NCBI GenBank assembly: GCA_000002445.1 | Contig: CP000067.1 | Span: 800,001-864,000, forward strand | Length of the DNA: 64,000 nt | Direction: 5' to 3' | DNA from: Trypanosoma brucei | Lineage: Eukaryota | Shown here: positions 56,981 to 64,000 of the stretch, piece after piece | How the letters are laid out: each line of letters opens with the position of its first letter | Numbering within the stretch: position 1 is the stretch's first letter | Made by a program: the position numbers and the translations under genes | Notes under the pieces: model-generated | What the model saw: the letters and a program-made list of their open reading frames with translations, nothing else | Database searches by the model: none | What the model was told of the DNA's origin: nothing

Positions 56981-57092
56981 ATTATCCCCTCCTTCCAGAA
57001 ACGCAAGAAAGGCAAACAAATTGTGGATCCCTACGTGCGTATTCAGTCGGAGAACAGATCTTGATTACAATAAGTAGAACATTTGGGCTATA

Positions 57093-58325
57093 TTACGAAA
57101 ACACCAACAAAACAAAAATGCTCACCATTAAATCGAAATGGGCATCACCCTCCGTGTCAACATCCAAATTTTCTGCCTTGCCCCAGATATCTATGTTTCC
57201 TCCAAGTTTGTACTCAAGAAACATTTCCTCAGCGTCATGCTGTAAATCTTCCAACTCGTAAATATGGGAGTTTGCTTCACTTTCATACTTCTCCATGTCT
57301 TCCATGTTCTTTGTGGCATTGGTGAGACGATTGTGCCACGGTATGCCGCCATGGGATAAGGTGTGTTTGTAATTCACACACGTTGTTCCGGGTCTGTGGC
57401 CATCACATAGAAATGTTTCATTACTCGTATCATTCACGTGGCCAAATACGCCTTCCACCTGAAACTTGTCCTGCCTCATGTTAACAGATTTATCAAACTC
57501 CTCCAATGCAGCCTTTAACAGCTTTGAGTTGGATGCAATGTGCCTGTACACGCATCCGCGCTTTACCACTTGCCAAGCATCTTTGAGTGTCATTGATGAA
57601 TTAACCTCACATTTCTCTTCGGCCAAGGCGCACTCATTGCTCATGCCCGTCCACTTATTTTTTTCTGGTCGCCTCAAGTAGGTCCTGCAGGGCGAACTAT
57701 GCCCGTTGTAATAGTAGCTGCTGCTGTTCGCCTCGTCTTTCGCCTCTCCCACACATACACAAAAAAAGTCGTTAACAAGTGTTTTTCCAGTTTCATTACC
57801 GTTGCTTCCACAGCTTTCCAGAGCAGATTCATTGCTGTTGAACAGTAAACTTTTATTAGTTTCCATAATATCGTCAATGGGTCTGTTGGTCTTATGTGCC
57901 TCATCCACTAAATCACCATACACAGCTTTCATCATGCTCTCCTCAGCCTTACTGCTCTCCCGCATCGCCCTCTTTCTATTCCTGTCAATCTCTCCCTTCA
58001 CCGCTTTTGCTCTTTTGTATAGTTTCTCAATCCCTTCACGCGCCTTTTGGCTCACAGAAGTTTCTTTTCCGTTCGCTCTCGCCTCACTCACCATTACCTC
58101 GAACCTCTTCATAATCTCATCTTCCTTCTCACGGTTTCTAAATTCCGGCCTTGGCACCTTTGCTTGAGTGATCCTGTAAATCTTACAAAGGATCTCAAAC
58201 TCTCCGGTGTTGTGTTGGTAATCAGTAATGTTGAAAACACCCTTCTGTTGACCCTGACTTCCTCTTATTGATCCCCATAAAAGAGCAACCAACAATAGCA
58301 CCCCAGCGCAACCACGTCTCTTCAT
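57093..58325 (-). CDS. VSG-like / ESAG-like GPI-type surface glycoprotein (410 aa) with a signal peptide and C-terminal hydrophobic tail. Contains the motif 'NDFFCVCVGE'.
   Basis: N-terminal 'GVLLLVALLWGSIRG', C-terminal 'LMVSIFVLLVFS', a Cys-rich central region, and many sequons. Confidence 0.65.
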   Translation of the reverse strand: MKRRGCAGVLLLVALLWGSIRGSQGQQKGVFNITDYQHNTGEFEILCKIYRITQAKVPRPEFRNREKEDEIMKRFEVMVSEARANGKETSVSQKAREGIEKLYKRAKAVKGEIDRNRKRAMRESSKAEESMMKAVYGDLVDEAHKTNRPIDDIMETNKSLLFNSNESALESCGSNGNETGKTLVNDFFCVCVGEAKDEANSSSYYYNGHSSPCRTYLRRPEKNKWTGMSNECALAEEKCEVNSSMTLKDAWQVVKRGCVYRHIASNSKLLKAALEEFDKSVNMRQDKFQVEGVFGHVNDTSNETFLCDGHRPGTTCVNYKHTLSHGGIPWHNRLTNATKNMEDMEKYESEANSHIYELEDLQHDAEEMFLEYKLGGNIDIWGKAENLDVDTEGDAHFDLMVSIFVLLVFS

Positions 58326-58435
58326 AATTTCCTATTACAACCAAATGGGAAGCAAATATCAACAACATGCCACGCAGCAGCAGTCATTTAGGAAAATGCG
58401 GAAGCTGGGAAAAGCTAAAAATATAACACGGAAAG

Positions 58436-59716
58436 TTAAGCGACAAAGGCAGTCAGCGCCATCATTGCTAAAACAGTCAAAGATATTGAAAAGCCGGCCC
58501 CATCCTCTTCCACCTCGTTCACTTCACTCTCCATCATTAAGTGTTCCAAATTCAAGTTAATCTTTGCTGCTGCACTTTTCATATTCTCCGCTAATTTCCA
58601 CAGCCTTCCAAGCAAAACCTTTGCCTCCTTATTGTGCCTTTCCATTTCCACCAGGTACTTCTCCGCATCCAGCAACCTCAGCTGCCACTCAATTCCCTTC
58701 TGCGTCAGAAGTCTATACGCATAATTCACGCACATTTGGTCATTCTTCCCCGTGCATATGTTTTCGCTGCGGTCAAAAACACCCGTATGTATTTTTTTTG
58801 CTCTCCCAAACACGTAGGTCCGAAATCCCTCCGATTCTTTCATGTTCATGATTATATTCTCCCTCTGCCTTCCAAGAAGCTTATTGAACTCCCTCACTGC
58901 ATCTTGGATTTTTTCTGGCGTTATCAATTTCAAATTTTCATTTTTTGGACAGGCTTCATCCTTTATCTTAAACCAGCCGGGGCCAAAAGCCACATCACTT
59001 CCATCATACGACACATTTTTCCACAGTTTCTTTCTACCCGGCCCCTTGATACTTTTGTGACAAACGGTCTCATTATTCTCTTCTCCAACGCACAAGCAAA
59101 AAAAGTCCCCCACGAGCGAACGCCCAGCCATGGCATCCTCAGTCGAGGGATGATACCCAGCTCCGCACGTTTCCTCTGCGGAGTTTCCTATTAAAGTGTC
59201 TCCGGTGTGCACCGCAAACTTTTCAAACTCCTCCTTCTCCATCAGCCTCCCAGCATTCGCCCCATAAACGACTTGCGCCATTCTTTCGAGTGCAAATTTC
59301 CTTGACACATTCGCCAGGCGCCGTTCCTCTCTTATTCCACTCACGAGTATGGTTGCCTTTTCCGCTAGTTTTATTAACTTCTCATGTGTTACCCTCCACC
59401 GAATAATATCATTTGCACGATGCATACTCATCTTAGCGGCCCCACTATTGTTAACTGTTCCTTTCCTCCTTTCCATAGCTTCTTTATACAAGGAATCCTT
59501 CACGTATGTCGCTTTCACAAACATCTGTAGCCTGTCGATGATACTCGTTAGATTCGCAGGCTCTTCCATTATTTTCTCTGGTTCCCCCTCCGCCAACCTC
59601 AATATCTCACACATTTGGTTGAACTCTTTTTCATTCACTAACTTTGAATCCTCTCCACACACCAAGTGGAAGGCACCAAAGGCCGTTAACAAGAATGTCA
59701 CTATGATTTCCTTCAT
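58436..59716 (-). CDS. second VSG-like GPI-type surface glycoprotein (about 426 aa from the 'MKEIIVTFLLTAFGAF' start). Contains 'GDFFCLCVGE'. The ORF opens at 59767.
   Basis: Signal peptide and C-terminal 'ISLTVLAMMALTAFVA'. Shares a Cys motif with the neighbouring gene. Confidence 0.65.
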   Translation of the reverse strand: MKEIIVTFLLTAFGAFHLVCGEDSKLVNEKEFNQMCEILRLAEGEPEKIMEEPANLTSIIDRLQMFVKATYVKDSLYKEAMERRKGTVNNSGAAKMSMHRANDIIRWRVTHEKLIKLAEKATILVSGIREERRLANVSRKFALERMAQVVYGANAGRLMEKEEFEKFAVHTGDTLIGNSAEETCGAGYHPSTEDAMAGRSLVGDFFCLCVGEENNETVCHKSIKGPGRKKLWKNVSYDGSDVAFGPGWFKIKDEACPKNENLKLITPEKIQDAVREFNKLLGRQRENIIMNMKESEGFRTYVFGRAKKIHTGVFDRSENICTGKNDQMCVNYAYRLLTQKGIEWQLRLLDAEKYLVEMERHNKEAKVLLGRLWKLAENMKSAAAKINLNLEHLMMESEVNEVEEDGAGFSISLTVLAMMALTAFVA

Positions 59717-60614
59717 TATCAAAGCCCTGCTACAAACAAAAAGAAAGTAAAGGCACCAACAAGACAATCCTCCAACCAGAAGATGCTCCTAATCGCAGAT
59801 AAAAGAGATCACTTTTGTAACGCAAGAAAAGCATCCAAAGCCACCAACCGAGCATCCCAACCGTCATACAAACGTATTTCCGAATGGCCAAACCACCGTA
59901 ATTTTAAAAATCTCTCACACATTCACGATTGAACACTATACGTGATAAAAAAAGCGTGCTCTGATTTAAGCCTTCCCAATGCATTGCTGAGCCCACGCAC
60001 GGCCCCTCTCAACCTTAACGCGCAGTTTTTCACGGAGTGAAACCAACCAAAAAAGCAAGCAGGTCACAGCTTTTTTAATGTCTTCACGCGCAGGCAGCTT
60101 ATATATAATTACTGCGGCAAAGAGAGGAACAGAGTAATGGAAAGTATTTAAAGGATCACAGACAAAAAGAAGCAGAACAAACCTGAACGTTATTCCGTGG
60201 TTACTGCCTTGTGGGGAAAGAGGGCCGCGGCATGGGAAAGCGCTTTAATTCAGGTCTCGGCGCCACACGGAACTGCAGAGGCTCACGCGCCAATGAGTGG
60301 CGACAAACCGACTGACAGCGATATCACACTTCTGAACTTCCTTTTCCTTTGTGGTGAGTGCCCTGAGGCTCATCCTCCGTTTTTCTCCTGAAGCTTCCCC
60401 GAATCAATTTTATCCTCCTTAACAGCGATGAAGCAGCGGAGTTATGCGCAATAGACAACCGCTGCGGGAGCGGCGAAACATTGAAATGTCCTCGACAGAG
60501 GATACTGGCACGGCAGCTGCAACGGTCGGCAAGTTCCAAAACTCATCGTCTTGGACCGTTCTCTCGAGTAACGTGCCCGTCGCCGCATCAAGCACGTTGA
60601 CCTCTAAAAAAAGT

Positions 60615-60686
60615 TTCCGGTGCCGGGGATCGAACCCGGGTCTAGCGGGTGAGAGCCGCTTGTTCTAGCCACTATACCACACCGGA
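60615..60686 (-). tRNA. tRNA-Glu (anticodon CTC)
   Basis: Acceptor TCCGGTG/CACCGGA, anticodon stem AGCGG/CCGCT with loop CTCTCAC, T-arm CCGGG-TTCGATC-CCCGG, and T7 after the 3' end. Confidence 0.8.
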
Positions 60687-60773
60687 GATGCATCTCGTCA
60701 AATCTACACTTACGTTCTAAACCATAAGTTGTGATGCAGACGTTCATAATTTACTATCGAGCGGCCCCGCACC

Positions 60774-60846
60774 GCGAGCGTGGCGCAGTCGGCAGCGCGT
60801 GGGTTTCATAATCCCAAGGTCGTGAGTTCGAGCCTCACCGATCGCA
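60774..60846 (+). tRNA. tRNA-Met (anticodon CAT), elongator type, arranged divergently to tRNA-Glu
   Basis: Same 73-nt sequence as 42927-42999 on the opposite strand. Followed by a T6 terminator. Confidence 0.75.
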
Positions 60847-60889
60847 CTTTTTTGATTTCCACCTGCGAGTTTTTCAGCAGGAGAAAACC

Positions 60890-60970
60890 CGTCGACAGCA
60901 GGGTTCGAACCTGCGCGCGAGATCGCATTTGATTTCAAGTCAAACCCCGTAACCACTTGGGTATGTCGAC
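60890..60970 (-). tRNA. tRNA-Ser (anticodon TGA), long variable arm
   Basis: Perfect 7-bp acceptor GTCGACA/TGTCGAC, discriminator G, anticodon stem TTTGA/TCAAA with loop CTTGAAA, 13-nt variable arm, T-arm GCAGG-TTCGAAC-CCTGC. Confidence 0.75.
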
Positions 60971-61011
60971 AACGGTTTACCCGACTATTTCAAACTAATA
61001 AAAAAACAGAT

Positions 61012-61025
61012 CCACCACCGTCAGT
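61012..61025 (+). pseudogene. 3'-terminal ~14 nt fragment of tRNA-Leu(TAG) (acceptor 3' strand plus part of the T-stem). It sits at the inner boundary of the right inverted-repeat arm.
   Basis: 'CCACCACCGTCAG' matches the 3' end of the intact tRNA-Leu at 42789-42868. The homology then stops. Confidence 0.55.
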
Positions 61026-61086
61026 CGTTTTCGTGTTTAAATCAATTGAACTGAGGAAATGATACAAAAATTGCCGGAGCGGGCAA

Positions 61087-61160
61087 GCGCTGATGGTCTA
61101 GGTGGTTATGACGTCGCTTTAACACGGCGAAGGTCTCGGGTTCGAGTCCCGATCGGCGTA
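61087..61160 (+). tRNA. tRNA-Val (anticodon AAC), the copy in the right inverted-repeat arm
   Basis: Identical to the reverse complement of 42652-42725 and followed by TTTT. Confidence 0.8.
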
Positions 61161-62493
61161 GGTTTTCGTCATTTCTCCGTTTCCCTCAATTTTGCTGCCG
61201 TGAAATTTTAATGTTCGGATGAAAGGGGAAGAGGGATTGAGATTGTGCGTGTGTGTGTGGCCTGAGGTGGTGACATTTGGGACGGAAACGAATGAAAGGA
61301 AAAGGGGTCGCTGTTTTAGTTACTAATGAAGCAGCATATCCATTATTCATTACATCGAGAGTAACATCCCCATCAACTAAAACGTGAGTCAGTGGACGGC
61401 TCGTCTCTTTTTGCTCTTTGCCTTGCTTTGCTTTTTCTTTTATTGGGTTGGTTGAGAAAGCAATGCTAAAATACCAGAAAGGCAGGGAGAGGATGACCCC
61501 CATACCAACAGAGTTCAAACATCACCTCACGAGGCTGCAATGTGTGGCGGGGTGTTGCGGTGCTGCTGCAAACATTCCATCAAATGCCCCACTGGTCATT
61601 ATAAAAGAGGAAGGTATTGGACCCGTGCTGTCATGGGAAACTGGAACTGGGCTGGGAAAGGAACAGTGACAGGAGGAAAAATAAGGGAAAACAAATGTGT
61701 GCAATATGTCCTTTTTTTTCATGGTTTTGGAGAAGAAGAGTGTTTGTGATAATACTGGAACCGTTGCACCACACCAAAGGGACACCGGCAGCAATATTAC
61801 ATGCTACGAAGGCTTTGCACACGCCTTGCGCTGTTCTAAACGCTACGCGCGCCCTTGACTTCAGGGAAGGGAATGGAAGGGGAAAATGAAGAAACGATCT
61901 TCCCAAAGTCAATTAAGCGTTACGCCCTCGGTCGCATCCATGAGCCTTTCACTCCAATTGCCAACAACAACGGCTAACAACATCCTCATTACGACATTGT
62001 ATTGCTTTGCCTTTTAGGGGAGAGAGTTGATTTTCTTCCCGCGTGCGCGAATAATGCACATCCGCGCGGAGGCATCTTTACCGTTCCAAAAGCAAAAAAA
62101 AAAGATGAGTAAAAGAGGAGACGAAAAGAATAGAAGCAGAAAAGTGAAGTTGGGGTGTGAAAAGGTGCTATGAACAAACTTCATCCACTTCAGCTGGCGC
62201 AGCGTGAAAAAATTTACATTCACCCCACGTGACTTCTCACTTTCTGTTGGCCAAATTATTGCATCCGGTTAGAAAGAAACCAGGTGTATCGCACACACGC
62301 GCTCGCACAAGAAACACGCAATCACCAACACGCGGCTACGCACACGTCACTCACGAAGAGAGCATCAGCTATTCAAAAAAAAAATAATAATAACAATAAT
62401 AATTAAATGGAGGATACGAACTTGAAGTCCACCGCCAGATCCCATCCTTTTAGTACCCAACCACACACACGGATTCACAAGCACACACTCTCC

Positions 62494-63990
62494 TTAGCTC
62501 TCCAGATAAGTGCGGAACTCTTTTGTCATGACAGGACGGTCGCCAAGTAAAAGCCAAAGCTCGTGCGCTGTAAGTGTCTCTTGTCTTGCCAAAAGGCCCG
62601 CCAGTGCACGCACCTCCCTAAGATATTGTTTTAATATGGACCGCGCCCTGTTGAGCGCCTCGGTGATGAGCTTGTGAACGGCCTCATCCACAATATCCTC
62701 CTTTAATGGTCCAAACGGTTTCTGAATGCTGTCTTCCTGGTCTAAGTTGTAACCAAAGTGACCAATATTCTCGGGATCCATCCCGTATGTGCAGACCACC
62801 TGTCGCGCCCTGTTTGTAGCATGCTGCACATCATCTGCAGCAGATGTTGAGACGTCCTTAAAGAAGTACTCCTCCGCTACGTAGCCTCCCAACTGTGCCA
62901 CCATACCTTGCATGAGTTGTTCCTGCGTCGAAATAAAAGCGGTTTGAGGCAACTTTTGGGTTACGCCGGAGCGATGCTGCCCACGAGGAAGGATAGTGGT
63001 TTTGATGACGGGATCGGTTTTCTCTTGAAACCAATGAAGAACGACCTTACCCGCTTCATGAAATGAAATGCGCTCCCGCTCTGCATCGCTCAGCTTCACT
63101 GCACTCTTCTCCAATCCAACTAGCACTCGGTCCACTGCTTGGTGGAAATGGCGTGTTGAGACGTATTCCTTTCCCTCCCTCGCGGCTTGGATAGCGGCCT
63201 CGTTGCAAATGTTAAATATATCCGCACCACTGCATCCAGGGGTAAGCGCGGCGACGGTTTCTGCGAAGCCCCGAATAGTTCCCGACGGCTCAAGCTTAAG
63301 TGGAGCCAAGTGAACCTCGGCGATGGCAACCCTATCCTTATGTGAAGGTTTTTCCAGCGTTATCTTTCGGTCGAAACGCCCGGAGCGCGTGAGGGCGTTG
63401 TCGAGAATGTCGGCACGATTAGTGGCTGCCAGTACCATTATTCCTGTGGAATCCTTGAAACCATCCATTTCAGAAAGAAACGCATTCAGCGTACCTCGCA
63501 GGCTCCCTCCGGAGTCGGATTTTCTTTTCCTCCCGAAGGCATCGATTTCATCCACAAAAACGACGCACGGCTTGCACTCGTGAGCTTGTTTGAAGAGTTC
63601 CCGAGCACGCTGCGCTCCAACGCCGACGTACACTTCCTCAAACTCACTTCCAGAACAACTGAGAAAAGGAACCATGGCCTCACCAGCAATGGCTTTCGCG
63701 AGAAGTGTTTTCCCCACACCAGGTGGCCCGTCAAGCAGAACGCCTTTGGGAAGTTTGGCCCCAAGTGCCTGGTAGCGGCTGGGGTTCTTCAAGAAATCAA
63801 TCACTTCAACCACCTCGTGTTTTGCCTCAGTTAACCCCGCCACATCACTTAGCCGAGTGGCAACGGAAAGTTCACGCTTGAATGAATAACTACTCTTCTC
63901 TGCCGTGAGGGATGCGAGCCTGGCCGATGTGTTAAATAAGGAATGCGTTAGGGCCAAAAGGGGCAGGAGACAAAGGAGTAACATAGGCAC
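62494..63990 (-). CDS. FtsH-like AAA+ ATPase with a peptidase-M41 domain whose zinc motif is degenerate (HEAGK instead of HEXXH). It lacks the long N-terminal FtsH TM/periplasmic region. The reading frame is still open at the window edge, so the 5' end is uncertain.
   Basis: Walker A '[18 protein letters not shown]', Walker B 'VVFVDEIDA', second region of homology '[19 protein letters not shown]', and M41 motifs 'TILPRG' and 'VCTYGM'. The motif '[12 protein letters not shown]' sits where HEAGH is expected. Confidence 0.75.
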   Translation of the reverse strand: MPMLLLCLLPLLALTHSLFNTSARLASLTAEKSSYSFKRELSVATRLSDVAGLTEAKHEVVEVIDFLKNPSRYQALGAKLPKGVLLDGPPGVGKTLLAKAIAGEAMVPFLSCSGSEFEEVYVGVGAQRARELFKQAHECKPCVVFVDEIDAFGRKRKSDSGGSLRGTLNAFLSEMDGFKDSTGIMVLAATNRADILDNALTRSGRFDRKITLEKPSHKDRVAIAEVHLAPLKLEPSGTIRGFAETVAALTPGCSGADIFNICNEAAIQAAREGKEYVSTRHFHQAVDRVLVGLEKSAVKLSDAERERISFHEAGKVVLHWFQEKTDPVIKTTILPRGQHRSGVTQKLPQTAFISTQEQLMQGMVAQLGGYVAEEYFFKDVSTSAADDVQHATNRARQVVCTYGMDPENIGHFGYNLDQEDSIQKPFGPLKEDIVDEAVHKLITEALNRARSILKQYLREVRALAGLLARQETLTAHELWLLLGDRPVMTKEFRTYLES

Positions 63991-64000
63991 CCATGGGTAA

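Larger units (their letters stand above)
47180..57019 (-). repeat. four tandem ~2.5-kb repeat units, each holding one B gene followed by one A gene. The inter-pair spacers and B 5' ends are near-identical among units 1-3.
   Basis: B-gene ends recur at 49439, 51970, 54525 and 57019. The ORF-track antisense artefacts at 49210-49548, 51741-52079 and 54296-54634 are identical in sequence. Confidence 0.85.
61012..61732. repeat. right arm of the inverted repeat. Its inner boundary truncates a tRNA-Leu copy; the outer boundary fades near 61732.
   Basis: Same comparison as for the left arm. Confidence 0.85.

Noticed and set aside
47180-59767. Whether the array genes are T. brucei ESAG6/ESAG7, ISG65/75, HpHbR, GARP/BARP or procyclin-associated genes
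   Set aside because: No stretch matches what I recall of those proteins. I therefore did not assign any of these names and left the family open.
60774-60846. The tRNA-Met copy on the right, examined as part of the inverted repeat
   Set aside because: Its flanks do not match those of the left tRNA-Met (42927-42999). These are independent multi-copy tRNA genes and are not part of the duplicated arm.

Overview
This ~64 kb window looks like a nuclear chromosome segment from a kinetoplastid, probably an African trypanosome. The evidence is ~48-50% GC, abundant (TA)n/(GT)n microsatellites, and dense co-directional ORFs with no introns.

Gene layout: Positions 1-41.3 kb hold a single plus-strand polycistronic unit of about 17 housekeeping genes. 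These include a DEAH helicase, a DUF167 protein, an LRR protein, tRNA-dihydrouridine synthase, a SPEF1-like CH-domain protein, SBDS, a long DHAP/glycerol-3-P acyltransferase, a class-3 lipase, an FHA protein and a UBC E2. A convergent strand-switch region at 41.3-47.2 kb carries three minus-strand tRNA genes (Val, Leu, Met). Everything coding to the right is minus-strand. At 47.2-59.8 kb there is a tightly packed block of ten surface-protein-type genes with signal peptides: four tandem repeats of a two-gene unit plus two distinct VSG-like GPI-type genes. In each unit, 'B' (~375-395 aa) has a C-terminal hydrophobic GPI-type tail and 'A' (~310 aa) lacks one. A second tRNA cluster (Glu, Met, Ser, Val plus a tRNA-Leu fragment) lies at 60.6-61.2 kb. 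A partial FtsH-like AAA/M41 gene with a degenerate zinc motif sits at the right edge.

Most notable: a ~720 bp near-identical inverted repeat, each arm carrying a tRNA-Val gene, brackets the whole ~18 kb surface-gene block. The arms are at ~42083-42803 and ~61012-61732. The A/B pair architecture mirrors the heterodimeric ESAG6/ESAG7 transferrin-receptor design (one GPI-anchored subunit, one not). The copies show patchwork block-sharing that suggests segmental gene conversion. I could not place these proteins in a named family from memory.
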